A stretch of DNA of 64,000 nucleotides from assembly GCA_036630325.1 (NCBI GenBank), contig CP142736.1:186001-250000 (forward strand). Direction: 5' to 3'. This DNA is from Vairimorpha necatrix (Eukaryota). Below the pieces are notes generated by a model. That model worked only from the letters and a program-made list of their open reading frames with translations, did not search any database and was not told the origin of the DNA. A program made the position numbers and the translations under genes. Below, piece by piece: positions 1 to 12,592 of this stretch (within the stretch, counting starts at the first letter, position 1; every line of letters starts with the position of its first letter).

Positions 1-367
1 GTTACTTATTTCTATCCTTTTTTTGTAAATTTCGCTAACAAATGTGTACAGAATCGTTTTGGATCTTTAGAACATTCGTAAATGTTAAAACTTAAAACCA
101 ATATTGTTAAATGCGGGAAATACATATATACATTTAAAATACAATTTTATAAATAATTTTGAGCAAATTTCAATTTGTTATCTAATAATTTTAGTATTCG
201 CATTTTTATAAAACAGTGTTCTTATTTCAAGTAAAGGATGTTTTTTTTTGAATTTAAATTTCATTTCATAATAAGAATATCAGGAAATATTAAAATATTG
301 TATTTAGATTTAGTTTTTAAAACGTAAAGCAATGCTGCACTTGCATACAAGCTCTGTAGATTTTACA

Positions 368-424
368 TTTTTGACATCAATAAAAAAAACCATAATTAGA
401 TCGAAAATGTCATTTTTCTGTCAA
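368..424 (+). promoter_or_regulatory. Conserved upstream element TTTTTGACATCAAT, about 160-175 bp before the ATG of family genes
   Basis: The same 14-mer occurs at 368, 30508 and 43272 ahead of three paralogues whose upstream DNA is otherwise diverged. A degenerate version (TTTTTTGACG) is at 23821. A second TGTCAA/TTGACA site follows about 30-50 bp downstream in copies 1, 3 and 4. Confidence 0.6.
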
Positions 425-540
425 GTTGATAAACAAGTTATAAAAATGTTTATTATAGATATAATAACAAAAAGAAATAAAGTCTATAAAGTTTAATAAA
501 ATTTATTCAATGAATAATTTTTTTATTTTTATAAGCCCAT

Positions 541-2838
541 ATGGATATCTTCAAAATTTTTACAAGTATATTATTTGTGTTAGGACATCTGCATCGACAT
601 GCTTATGATAATTTGTATACTGTGATAAATAGTAAAATAAAAAACAAAGATTATTTTGAGATAGATGTTAAAAAAACATATTTTAGAGTAAATTTAATTT
701 TTGATTGCGATAGAAATGAATTAAATGCTATAACAGTCTGCAACTCCCCTTTTATTAACAAAACCGAAGCAGTAAACAGATTCAAAATTAATTGTGCCGA
801 GAAACCTTCACAAGATATTGTTAGAGAGATTGAAGAAAATTTATTGGGCTATTGTAAATATATGAATCCCGACTATATCGTGGTAACTTACAATCCAGCA
901 TATTGTGAGAATCCTGTGTTCTTACAAATAATCAATTTTTTAATTCAAAAAAATTTAACATTAAAAAATAGAATTAATCGTCCTAGTGTATTGTATGAAT
1001 ACATAATCGAAAACACGTCTTCATGGATTCTTATGTTTTTAAATATATATAAACAACAACATAACAAAGATAATAGTCGTCCCGAAAGTTTTTTAACTTA
1101 TAGTATAAAAGAAAATATAAGTTTTATAACTTTTTGTATTGAAAATAAGAATATTAAGTATCTATTTGAAATAAACGCAGAAGAAATTTATAAAGAAGGG
1201 GTTTCTACTCGGGTAGATAGAAAAACACAAAAGAGTAATGAGATAGATGTAAAAATTAGTGAATATTTTTTTAAATTATACAAAAATGTTTATATTGACA
1301 TTGATTATAGATATTCTAAGCCTTTTTTTGAATTTCATACATTTGACAAAATTGATTTTATAAGTGGCAGTTTATGTATCGAGATATTATATGATAAAAT
1401 TTGCTTTACTCAAAGACATTTTACTTATTTTTTTAATCCAAACGAAATAACAAGCTTATTTGAAAATAGAGACTATGATGAAAATGAATGGATTAGAGAG
1501 TTTAAAGAAGTTTTTGGAAAGATTCGTGCAATAGATGAAATTGATAAACGTCGTATAGGCATTGAAATGTTTTTTAGATTGATAAAATATCACAATAAAG
1601 TGACTTTTTTATTAGAAAAAATATTTAGTGCGCATGGTTCACCATTGAACGTTTTATTGGCGCATCTTTTGATATCTGAAAGATTAATCAACGAAAATTC
1701 ATTAAAAATTTTAATAATAAAGGGAGAAGACTTTAACAAAGAAAAAAAAATTCAGCTTTGTAAAGAAATCGAAAAAAATCTACTAAAGTTTATTTGCAGG
1801 TCAAGTAGTTTTATGATTAAAATCTGTTTATTTATAGAAGCTGAAAAATATATAAATGGGGTTAGTACAAAAAAAGATCCTGAATTTGAATTATTAAATA
1901 TTATTGGAGACCTAATAAGATTAAAAGAAAAGAAACACAATATTATAGAAAATATTCAATCAAATTTATCTCTTTGCAAAAATAAGATTGATATCATTAC
2001 AATATACGAAGAACTCGTAAAAAATCATCTACAAGATTATAAAAATAACAAAAGAGACTTATGGAAGACGGTTTTTGAAATAGCATCATTGTTCACAGGA
2101 TTTGAAACAACTAGATGTGATATTAAAGACTATAAATTTCAAGCTTCAAAAGAATATATTATTTCAAAGTGTGTACTTGAAAAATACGAAGTAGAAAAAA
2201 ACAATGAAATAATAAGAAAAAAATTATTTGAAAATAATCGAGACAGAAAGGCAGTGGAAGAAATAAAAAATATTTTACAAAGACTCAACTTAAAATATTT
2301 AGCCAACGAGTTAAATAAATTAAAAGACGAGGCTCTTAACAAACAACTAGTAGATTTATGTAATGAGATGGGGAGTAAAAAGTTTGAAGATGATTTAATT
2401 CAAAAAGGAACAACGTGTATCGAAGAAAAATTTAATTATAAAAATTTAAAAAAAGAACTAAACGAAGAATTTGATGCTTTTTGGGACAGAGAATATGCTA
2501 ATGGGGAAAAAACAAATTTTAATTATGATATAAAATCTAATAAATTTTGGATTGAGGAATATAAATCTGACGAAAAAGAAAAATTACATTATGAAATCCA
2601 GATAAATATTCTAAAAAATATAAAAAATAACAGTAAACACTATTTATTAGAAACCTTGGAGACAATTTTTTATAATGAAATAAAAAATGATTTAGTAATG
2701 ATAGAAAATGGAGAAAAAAATTTAAGAACCTTAAAAAAATTATTAAGTAAAAACGATCTACACAAGGCTTTAACTGGTCTGGGGGGATGTAAACTACACG
2801 ATTGTTTAGTTGCAACTCTGAAAAACAATGATAATTAA
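541..2838 (+). CDS. Uncharacterised ~760-aa multigene-family protein, copy 1 (765 aa), hydrophobic N-terminus, probably secreted
   Basis: Long intact ORF with CCCAT directly before the ATG. Shares motifs (G[IV][ED]MFF.LI, ICLF..AE.YIN, N.IIRKKLFEN, WIEEYK) with the ORFs at 24003, 30668 and 43447. No domain recognised. Confidence 0.9.
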   Translation: MDIFKIFTSILFVLGHLHRHAYDNLYTVINSKIKNKDYFEIDVKKTYFRVNLIFDCDRNELNAITVCNSPFINKTEAVNRFKINCAEKPSQDIVREIEENLLGYCKYMNPDYIVVTYNPAYCENPVFLQIINFLIQKNLTLKNRINRPSVLYEYIIENTSSWILMFLNIYKQQHNKDNSRPESFLTYSIKENISFITFCIENKNIKYLFEINAEEIYKEGVSTRVDRKTQKSNEIDVKISEYFFKLYKNVYIDIDYRYSKPFFEFHTFDKIDFISGSLCIEILYDKICFTQRHFTYFFNPNEITSLFENRDYDENEWIREFKEVFGKIRAIDEIDKRRIGIEMFFRLIKYHNKVTFLLEKIFSAHGSPLNVLLAHLLISERLINENSLKILIIKGEDFNKEKKIQLCKEIEKNLLKFICRSSSFMIKICLFIEAEKYINGVSTKKDPEFELLNIIGDLIRLKEKKHNIIENIQSNLSLCKNKIDIITIYEELVKNHLQDYKNNKRDLWKTVFEIASLFTGFETTRCDIKDYKFQASKEYIISKCVLEKYEVEKNNEIIRKKLFENNRDRKAVEEIKNILQRLNLKYLANELNKLKDEALNKQLVDLCNEMGSKKFEDDLIQKGTTCIEEKFNYKNLKKELNEEFDAFWDREYANGEKTNFNYDIKSNKFWIEEYKSDEKEKLHYEIQINILKNIKNNSKHYLLETLETIFYNEIKNDLVMIENGEKNLRTLKKLLSKNDLHKALTGLGGCKLHDCLVATLKNNDN

Positions 2839-4955
2839 ATTTTACTTTTATATTGATTTGAAGAAAAATGTAATCGCATTGTTTTTTAGTTAATATTTTC
2901 AGTTATTTTTATATTTAAAAATTTGTATGCAGCTAATATTGAATGTATGCTGATAACCACGAAGCCTGCAAACGGGGTTTGTCTTTGAATTTTTATTCTA
3001 ATAGTTAAACTAATGTATAGTACAAAATGAACAGTATATCGTGTTGGGTTTATCTGCAGCATTTTGATCAATTCTGTATAACAAAAAATTAAATCCTTAA
3101 AACTATTTAATATTAAAGTATTGTAATTAAATACGATGAAGAATAAGTCCGGTAAAAATAGACAAGATTTTTTTAATATCAAGTTCGAAAAGATTGTAAA
3201 AATCTTGTTTTAGAAAATATACTGCGAAATAACAAATGAGGCATAAAATTTCTTGAAATGTAAGTTGAAGAATGGAATTTTTTTGTTAATTAACAGATGC
3301 AAAAATTTACAAATTCGTTGGTAAGACATACATAGAACATCAGCTAAAAAGATGCCGTTTAAGAAATATAGGAAAACAAGAATAATTTGTAACAACGTAA
3401 AGATGTTGCTTTTAAAAATTTCGTTGATCTCCAGGATGCATATAGGTCCTACTAAAAACATTTCGAAAATACACTAAATAAAAATAAGATCATCATTTTT
3501 ACTTTGAAAAAATATACTTGATAGTTTCTTATTGTTTTATTTTTTGGCAACGATATTAATTTCTGTTGCATAGTAAAATGAAAATTCATACATGTTTGTC
3601 TATATAAAAATATTTATTTTTTTCAATTTAAATGAATATAATTACAAGAGGTACTATATTCTTGCAACAAAAAAAATATTACACAATGCTAAATAAATTT
3701 TGATACCACATTTTAAAACCTATACATTTAATTGTATGTTATTTACATCTTTCATCAAAAATTTTATAGATTTTTTTTACACAATAAAATTGATACACAT
3801 CTGGGACGCCTTAAAAAATGTTTTTTTAAGCAAAATTTGAAATGGCTATGATTTATGTTATTGTGAGCATGCAGTCTATATTAATTGGGACACAAGAGTT
3901 ATTATCCTGTTTCGTAAACAAAATTTCTTTAACGTATTTTCTCTTAATAACTTTTTTGAATTTCAGATATTATTATAAACATTGAGAGGTTTAACGAAAG
4001 TTAAGATACGTGGTAGTTACTCATATGATTAACTCTCTTCCATAATTATTTTGCTCTTACTTACAAACAAGATGCGTTCCAATTTTTTTAAAAAAGCCAA
4101 ATTTTTTATTTGTATTTGATGCATTTAAGAGTTTATATTTTTTCTCTGTGTATAAACGTAGTACAATATAGCCATTCTTAAGTCATTGAATATAGAACAA
4201 TATTTATTTAATTTTATTTTTCAGGAAATTGATAATTCGAAGAAGTAATATGTCCTTTTATTTAATTTTGAATTTAAAAAATTTGAATATTGAAAACCTA
4301 ACGAAAATTATCAGAGATAACTTTAAATTGCTAAGACTTAAAGTTTTTTATCGAAATTTTTACCTGATAATCAAGATGCCTTTTCCCAAATTTCATAAGT
4401 TATTTCGCATTAAGCAGCTACTCTCATAAATACTTACAAAAAAATTAAAAAAAGAAATGATTGTGATAGTAAAGACCTTGTATTTGATTCTAAAAAACAC
4501 CCACGGAGACAATAGCTTGAACATCTCCCGGATCTAGAAAGACTACTACTTTATCTGAATATATGTTTTGAAGCTATAAAATATAAAATGAAAAACGAAA
4601 TAAAAGATTAAATCAATACAAAATATGAGGAGTTATACAAAGTATTTATGAAAAAATATTTATAGTGATCGTATTGTAAGTCTTATAACATTAACTAAAG
4701 TTGTAAATTGTCATTTTGTAAGCAGTCATGGCAATTATGTAAACACGATAAATTACGGTATTGTGTAAGCATAGTTGATTCTTTTCGATCACATTCATCA
4801 AAAAAAATCTCAAGAACAAAATAGGAAGTATTTACAATACATTAGCTTAACATTTTTTGTAAGTCAGAATACAACAAGGTCAATAAATCAACATCTAATA
4901 TCTTGACCCCAATTCTGCGGATTATGACTAGATTATTTGGTTCTATTATTGTTTT

Positions 4956-7087
4956 TGTCATGTATCCGGGGTACATGGCCATCCTTATAGTATTTTTCTA
5001 AATAGTTTTTTATATTAATAGTTTTATTTTGTTTATTATAATCGATGTTCTGATTATTTAATGAATCTTCTTTCATCATATCCGCGTACCCTTCTCAGCC
5101 ATATTTCTTTTATAGTTTATTTTTAATTTAAAGATTGTTGTCACCACTAAACTACAAACATTGGCGTACTTACGAATGTAGTAACGACCATGCAACTTTC
5201 GTTTGTTTGTTTGTTTGTGTGACTCATCTTGACATGTAACTTGAAATGCTTGACATGTCTTTGGACATCAGTGACAGATGACATATTTGACATCTGTTCA
5301 TGTGATGTAGCAATGTACATCACATTCTGCCCTCTCCTAAAGCTTTAAATTTTTTAAAGTTCTCCATTCATTGTTGCAAGTTGCTGACCACCCTTCATGT
5401 TTAGATATTATATTCGGCGGTTCTACTATTGCTTTATCTATAACACTACTTAACATTTTTTGCTTATTCTTCGTGTTTATACTTTCTAATATTTCATTTT
5501 TTTTCTTTCTTATTTTATTTGTCTTCTTTTGTTTATATTTATCACGGTATTTTATTTTTATTAATTTATTACTTCGATTTCTTTTATTATCATCTTTTTT
5601 ATTTTCTTTTTCTATATTTTTCATCGGATTGTTAAGCTTCTTGTCAATATCTGTATTTCTTTTGACAATTAAATCCTTCTCTTTTAATATATTTATTCCA
5701 ACTACATTCTGTAGTTTCTCATGGCTAAGCGTTTTCGCTATTATTTCATCATTTTTCGATGTTTCATGTTTTGTTTTCACTTCTTTTGAATTTTCTTTAT
5801 TAGTTACTTCTTGAATTTTTATTTTAATGTTCTCGACTTTATTTTCTCTATTAAATACTACCTCTTCTGGTATGTTATTTTTCTTTATTTCTCTAATTGT
5901 AAATAATTTTTCTGGAACAATATTCGGCATTTTTATGTTTTCTAAATTTTTCTTAAGCTGCTCTGAGGTATTGTTTAGTCTAAAGCAATCCTCTGTATTG
6001 TGCGTACTGTTTTTATGGAGGCGGCACCATTTATTGTTCTTGTAACCGTCCTTTTCGGTCTCAAACTTGAATCTATCATTATGAACTGATTCATATGTTA
6101 TTTCACGCCTTTTTCCTTCAAAAATCAAACACTCTTCCACTGTTTCTAAATACGTCATGGTTTCTTCGACGTTATTTTTTCCAAGCTCTAATATCTTAAG
6201 ACGAGTGGAAAAACCTAAGCCTAAAAAGAAATTCTCTTTTAATTTTCTTTCGTATTCTTTTCTCGTTAAGTTTTCTAGTCTAGCATACTGATCTACTAGA
6301 TTCTTTATTTCAAACAAATATTCTTTAATGTATCTGAAATTAATTTGTTTACATGCCTGTAGCTTTAAATGTAGCATCTCAGGACTTGATCTTTGACTTA
6401 CATTTTTTTCAATATATCTTCTTATTTTTTCTAAATCTGGTAATCCAAATATTTGTTGCAATGTGGGATCTCGCACTAATTCTCCTAAGGCGATTTTTTC
6501 TTTTTTAAAATCCCATTTTTTATTTCTGCTGATTTGGTTGAAATCCTCAAACCATGTATCTAGCTCCATTTCATTAAATTCTTTTATGTTTTTTATTATA
6601 CTTAAGTTTTTTTTTACTTCTAAATCGATCTCTTCGATCGTATACTTAAATTCTAACGCTTCTTTAATTACTGCGTTGTTGTCCCCTTTTGATACTTTGT
6701 GGGAATTGAATTCAATTATGTCATGTATCCGGGGTACATGGCCATCCTTATAGTATTTTTCTAAATAGTTTTTTATATTAATAGTTTTATTTTGTTTATT
6801 ATAATCGATGTTCTGATTATTTAATGAATCTTCTTTCATCATATCCGCGTACCCTTCTCAGCCATATTTCTTTTATAGTTTATTTTTAATTTAAAGATTG
6901 TTGTCACCACTAAACTACAAACATTGGCGTACTTACGAATGTAGTAACGACCATGCAACTTTCGTTTGTTTGTTTGTTTGTGTGACTCATCTTGACATGT
7001 AACTTGAAATGCTTGACATGTCTTTGGGCATCAGTGACAGATGACATATTTGACATCTGTTCATGTGATGTAGCAATGTACATCACA
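4956..7087 (-). mobile_element. Non-autonomous Ty3/Gypsy-type LTR retrotransposon (Gag-only, 2132 bp)
   Basis: 369-bp TG...CA LTRs at 4956-5324 and 6719-7087 with one mismatch seen. 5-bp TSD GTTTT (4951-4955, 7088-7092). Polypurine tract (PPT) on the minus strand at 5325-5337. No RT, RNase H or integrase core. Confidence 0.95.
5337..6842 (-). CDS. gag: Gag-like protein (501 aa) with CHHC zinc knuckle and Lys-rich tail
   Basis: WCRLHKNSTHNTEDC knuckle. Aligns by eye with the Gag at 34250 (WF....ISRNKKW vs WF...IFQRNKW; YERKLKENFFLGLG vs YERRSKESLYRGLG). Starts inside the 5' LTR and stops at the PPT. Confidence 0.85.
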   Translation of the reverse strand: MMKEDSLNNQNIDYNKQNKTINIKNYLEKYYKDGHVPRIHDIIEFNSHKVSKGDNNAVIKEALEFKYTIEEIDLEVKKNLSIIKNIKEFNEMELDTWFEDFNQISRNKKWDFKKEKIALGELVRDPTLQQIFGLPDLEKIRRYIEKNVSQRSSPEMLHLKLQACKQINFRYIKEYLFEIKNLVDQYARLENLTRKEYERKLKENFFLGLGFSTRLKILELGKNNVEETMTYLETVEECLIFEGKRREITYESVHNDRFKFETEKDGYKNNKWCRLHKNSTHNTEDCFRLNNTSEQLKKNLENIKMPNIVPEKLFTIREIKKNNIPEEVVFNRENKVENIKIKIQEVTNKENSKEVKTKHETSKNDEIIAKTLSHEKLQNVVGINILKEKDLIVKRNTDIDKKLNNPMKNIEKENKKDDNKRNRSNKLIKIKYRDKYKQKKTNKIRKKKNEILESINTKNKQKMLSSVIDKAIVEPPNIISKHEGWSATCNNEWRTLKNLKL

Positions 7088-8868
7088 GTTTTAAACATCT
7101 TCTTCCTATATAATCAATATAAATCCTTATTAATCAACTTTAGATGAAACTTAGCATTTAATATACGCAAAGGGTAATCTCTAGTGATTTCTTCCATTCA
7201 TAATAACCTTAAATAATATTAAACTTCGAAAAAATAGTATAATACAATGATATAGTGTGACTTTAAGTGTATAATATGAGTTATTTAAGAGATGTTAGAT
7301 TTTCAAAAAAATTAATAGGTATTCAATATTAACTATTAATTAAGCGTGAAGCTCTGAAGTTTTGGCAAAAAACGCCATTATTTTATAGCCATTTTATCAT
7401 ATCACTAATACAGATAACTAAACATAATAGAAAAATCATACGCCAGTTATTGTCAACTGATCATGTATTTTTACACAAACTTATTTTACAAGTAGACAAG
7501 TAATGGTATTGCCAATTATGCAGTTTCCGAAAAACAAACCAAATTCATCGCAGCAAACAAACGAACAGAATAATTTAAATTTCTGATTATTACAAATTTT
7601 TATTGCATATTGATTCAGGCACCCCAAATATATATCTAAATGTGAATTTTATCGTTTTTAAAACTACTTTGAACGTGTAAATCATAGTGTGCCGTATAGA
7701 TTTTGTTGTGTACCCATTTTTGGTGAATTCAGATACAAACATGATTGGTTTTCAGTTTAAATTTTCGGACCATCAAGGTTATTAGAAATACTAATAATGT
7801 ATAAGCTTGTATAAAATGTTCCTTTCAATACTTCATTTATAATCATCTCTTTTATTTTTATTTAGACTGTAAGATCTCCTCAAAGGTCTCCTACAGTATC
7901 ATCGATTAAATTAGACGCTTAGATATATTCAGAAACATTGATACCTTTCATTTTTGCGTGACAGTTAGTGAAAATGCAAACCAAACTATGAACAATGAAG
8001 TTATTTGCGTCTTAGATAATGTTCATGTCTTAATATATTTTCAAGTGGTACATTAACCTAGTTTCTTTTTGTATTCTTGCTGATGATTGTGAATATGTTA
8101 ACTAAATTCTTATATTAGAAATTCTCAATTTTTCTAATCTTGAATATTTTATCTGATTTGTAATATTCAAATTATAAATTATTTTTTTTTTTGCTGGTTA
8201 AACTTTTATCTCTTAAAATTTTTTATTTAAATCGGCTAAACTTGATATATCGTAAATTTCTTATCTACTTTTATGATAAATAAACCTTATAAAATAGCAT
8301 ATGAACATGATCTCCTAATCGGGGAGGCCTCTCGTGCAGTTATCACCCTACATTTTTTTCACGTCTTTGCGATATACATCAATAGTCGCTTTCTCATGGT
8401 CACAATGAGCATACTTTCTTTTTTAAAAATATGATATCTTGTAGCTAATATACATAAAGGATATTTGTTGTCAAATTGTTTTTTTCTTTCGGCCACAAAG
8501 TTATAATTTTTTTTGATATCAAATCATTAGATAGTCTCTTGATAAACTTTTCTTATATTGGTTAATTTTGTATCAGTTAAAAAAGATCTTGTTGTCTCTT
8601 CTTATAATGTTGAGAGTTTGCACTTTCTATATAGAAGCTCTTACTAAAGAAAATGAGACTTGGCTCCAAAATTAATTCATAAAATATCTTTACTCTGAAA
8701 AAATACCTATTTGTTGATTACAAAATTTTTTCTACTCTGAAAGGGATACTTATGATCTAAACTACGCTTATTCAATATCTTGTTCTTGTTTATCCTCTTG
8801 GAAAAAATTCCCTTCATTTTGTTTTCTTTGCTGTTGCACAATTTGTATTTAAATCTGTCTAATTTGTA

Positions 8869-10341
8869 CAGTCCGTTGCATAATCTTAAGATACCCCGAT
8901 TTTTCGATTATACTAGCGTGTTTAATGGCTTAAACATCACAATAAAATCATTTTTTCAAGTATTTGCACCTTTTAAACCTTTTTAATTAAATAATTAATG
9001 ATTAAAACTTGCATTGGACTGTACTCGTTTTTTATCGAAATTGGGTGTTGAATAATCTTAGGACAGTTTTCGTTTTGGAGGGGAAAGTTCCCTCCAAAAA
9101 GTTTAAGAAAAACCTATCTTATTTGCACTTTATGAGTAAAGGTTTGCAACTGACTGAATTAGAAAAATCCATGATAATATATATGAACAACGAAAAAAAT
9201 CAATTTCTTAAATAAGTAAAGATTTAAAGAGATCTAGAACAGTAATCGGTAATTTTTTAAAAGATCCTGCTATTTATGGAGTTAAAAGATCCACTGAAAG
9301 ACCAAAAAAGCTTTCACTAAGAACAAGAGCAAGAGTAATTAAACTTGCTCGAGGAAAAAACAAAACAGCAAATTCTATTAAAGGACAACTAGATCTTAAG
9401 GTGCATAAATGTACAATATTAAGAGTATTAAAAAACGAAGGAAAGGGGACAAGAAGAAAAATAAAACGAAAGCCGTCTTTAACAAAGACTCATAAAAAAA
9501 ACAGAATCAGGTTTTAAGGCAAATATGAAGATCTAGGAGAAGGATGGAAAATGTAATATTTTCAGATAAAAAAGGTTTTATCTGGGCGGTTTATATGGAT
9601 ATTCCTACTATGGGGCTGGTTTTCATACCAAGGAAGTAGTTTATTCGCGCAGAGCCATGGGCGGAACGTCGGTTATGATTTGGGGCTGTTTTAATTTCAG
9701 CGGGAAATCGAGATTGGCGATTATTGAAGAAAATATAGACAGTAATAAATATCAGAACATACTTGATGATTATCTTATTCCCTTTATTATTCAACAGAAT
9801 CTTATGGATCCTATTTTTCAGCAGGATAATGCAAGACCACATGTTTCGAAATCAACAAAAAACTGGTTTGTAAACAATAATATTGAGAGAATGTTCTGGC
9901 CTGCACTTTCTCCAGATTTAAATTCGATTGAAAATCTTCGGGGAGAACTTTCCAGCATGGTTTATGGTGATGGAAAGACGTATGATGATATTGATTCATT
10001 AAAAAAATCAATCAACGAAAACTGGCATATAATAAGTCAAAGATATTGTCAAAAGCTAGTAGATTCTATGGAAAAGAGACTTACAATAGTTTTAAATAAC
10101 GATGGAGGCTCAACAAAATATTAAACCTTTTATATTCTGCATTGTCTTAAGATTATGCAACACCTAATTTCGATAAAAAACTAGTACAGCACAATGCAAG
10201 TGGTTTAATCATTAATTATTTAATTAAAAAGATTTAAAAGGTGCAAATACTTGAAAAAATGATTTTATTGTGATGTTTAAGCCATTAAACACGCTAGTAT
10301 AATCGAAAAATCGGGGTATCTTAAGATTATGCAACGGACTG
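8869..10341 (+). mobile_element. Tc1-family DNA transposon (DD34E) with long IR/DR-type terminal inverted repeats (TIRs); transposase disrupted
   Basis: ~200-bp TIRs starting CAGTCCGTTGCATAATCTTAAGA and flanked by TA. An inner copy of the GTTGCATAATCTTAAGA motif lies at the inner TIR ends. ORF 9657-10124 has VMIWGCF, FQQDNARPH and WPALSPDLNSIEN, with 34 residues between D and E. The 5' part from ATG 9132 is frameshifted. Confidence 0.95.
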
Positions 10342-11945
10342 TAGTTTAATTAATAAATCTCTGTATTTTATTGTTTAAAATACGATGTAAGTTTGTTAGT
10401 GACAAAAAATATGCTAAAAGATTCAATTTTTTGTTTTTTTATGTTAATTTTGCTTAATATATCTGTTCTAATTAACTTTTTTTTATTATTAAAACATCAA
10501 TGAAATTATAGCCTAGTTTATATGTTTGATATGCTCATAAGTACTCATAACATTCAATTGCAAACAAAAATGCTTCGCTTGTATCAGCTCATACTTAGTC
10601 AGATTTATTTGGAGTTTGTTGCCAATGTATTGAAAATCATTGTGTTCGCGAAGTTGTTTCGAGTGATAGATTGGTTTTTTCCGGTGTCTTAGTTTTTTTT
10701 TACGATTGTGATTATGCAGCAAAATCTCTTCTAACTTAGTAAATGTATCTCCCTGTATCTTTTATGTGTTTTTAACCCACTTAATATACATCTAAAACGT
10801 ATTCTTGATATATGATACATGAAAAGCAGAATTTTAATTTATGAAGGGAGCGCTAAAGAAGATAAGTAGATTTTATATGTAAATGTTTTGTTTTAATAAT
10901 TGTCAAAATAACTCAATCTTGAGAAAAAACTCTTGTAAATATTGTTTAGTTATAAAGTCCTATTTTGCCTTTTATAAAAATGTAACAAATCATTATAAAG
11001 TAAAAAATCTTAATTTGGTCATGGACCGAGCTTATTTAGCATTTCAACATGATATTTTTCGATAAAAACATATAGATTTTTATAATTTATTAAGATAATA
11101 AAACTATTAGTGATATTTTTATAAATTTAGATGGTATAAAATAGTGATATAAATTTTAATTTTTACGATACGTTAAATAAAGTATCCAATGTAGAAATTG
11201 TTTTATCTACAAATAAGCCATTATCGAGTTAATAATAATTATGTTGACAAAAAAAATAATTGTGTAAGCTGTTTAAATTAAACTTAATTGTTATCGGATA
11301 ATTTTTTTTTAATTATGGAATGTGTATATTAACTTTTTTCAAATATATTGCAGAAAACGAATTATATAAAAGAAAGCTCATAGTTTAAGTCAGCCGCCTC
11401 ATTGGAATTTTGTTCACATGGAACGCGCATCAATATAAATTATTAGCTTAAACAATAAAAATAAATTTACGTATTACAAAACAAAATTTATATTAAATTT
11501 CTATGTCTAAGCTTATCTTAAAAAAATTGGCACATCATCAGTCATTATACTTTATTTTTTTTGTATTTTAACCACAAAAACACATTTTTTAATATTATAT
11601 CATTAAACGATTATAAGCTTCAAATTAGACTTTTAATAATTATTAAGTCATATTCTTAAATTAAATTAAGCCTCGATAATATATAATTTTTTTTATACTG
11701 TTCCAATTATAAATGAAATATCCATGATATGTAATTTTTACTAAGTGAATTAATATTTTGACTCAAAAAATTATTGCTACTCAAAGAAGAATTTTAAAGA
11801 CACATGAAACTTTTTTTTTCTTCTTAGATTTATTTTTAGCACAAGAATGTCAGCATATTAATGACAAACTTAATATAGCGATACAGAATAAAATTAATAA
11901 TAGAGATTACTATGAAGTTAATACTAGAAACATACTTGGTGGTTA

Positions 11946-11996
11946 AATTATCATTTGATGGTATCAATTATCATTTGATGGTATCAATTATCATTT
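11946..11996. repeat. 20-bp tandem duplication (AATTATCATTTGATGGTATC x2.5)
   Basis: Directly visible; it disrupts the frame of the pseudogene. Confidence 0.9.
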
Positions 11997-12420
11997 AAAT
12001 GGAATAATATCGGTAAAAATTCTTAATTTGATACTATAGAAGAAATTAAATACATAAAAGTTTATTGCTATGAGAAATCTGTCAGGGATATAATCAATAA
12101 TTTTCAAGATAAATTACTACTGGAATTAGAAAATATTCATTTAAACTATATTATGTTAATTTATAGTTCAGAATACAGCGAAAATGTTCTATTTGAGCAA
12201 ATAATTGATTTTTTAGTTCAAAAAAAATTTACCAAAAAAATAAAATTAATCGTCGTGGTATTTTATATGAAATGATTATCAAGGAAAGTTCATTATGGAA
12301 TCTAAAAATCGAAAGAAAACAAAAAAAAATAATTAAAATGAGTTTTAAAGACAAAATATACCACTTTTTTTCAGTAAAAAAACAAAATCACTCCATATAA
12401 ATTTTTTTATTTATTTAAAT

Positions 12421-12592
12421 TGTTGAAAAGAGTAAATGAGTCTGAACAAAATTGCATATTTATTTAAGAACTTTTTCTTTTATACTGTGTCTGAAACAAT
12501 GGTTTGTGATAACCATGTTTGATTGGACCAACTTGTGCTGAAACATCTTGGTATGTGATGAATAACAATGATTGGTAACTAGAGCTACAACA
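12421..12592 (-). mobile_element. Solo LTR (172 bp)
   Basis: TGTTG...CAACA termini and a 5-bp TSD TAAAT (12416-12420, 12593-12597). It interrupts family coding sequence and carries TATAAAAGAAA on the minus strand like the other LTRs. Confidence 0.8.

Noticed and set aside
5371-5814. 147-aa very hydrophobic ORF resembling a membrane protein
   Set aside because: It is the antisense shadow of the Lys/Asn/Glu-rich Gag tail. The same applies to the antisense ORFs over the family genes, pol and serpins (e.g. 18675-19265, 31555-32019).
7300-10740. Possible decayed minus-strand gene interrupted by the Tc1 element (similar impression on the plus strand at ~3100-4660)
   Set aside because: Only short coding-like stretches with many stops, and no recognisable motif or paralogue in the window.
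11946-11996. Short direct repeats as a CRISPR-like array
   Set aside because: Plain tandem duplication without spacers in a eukaryotic pseudogene; no cas genes.
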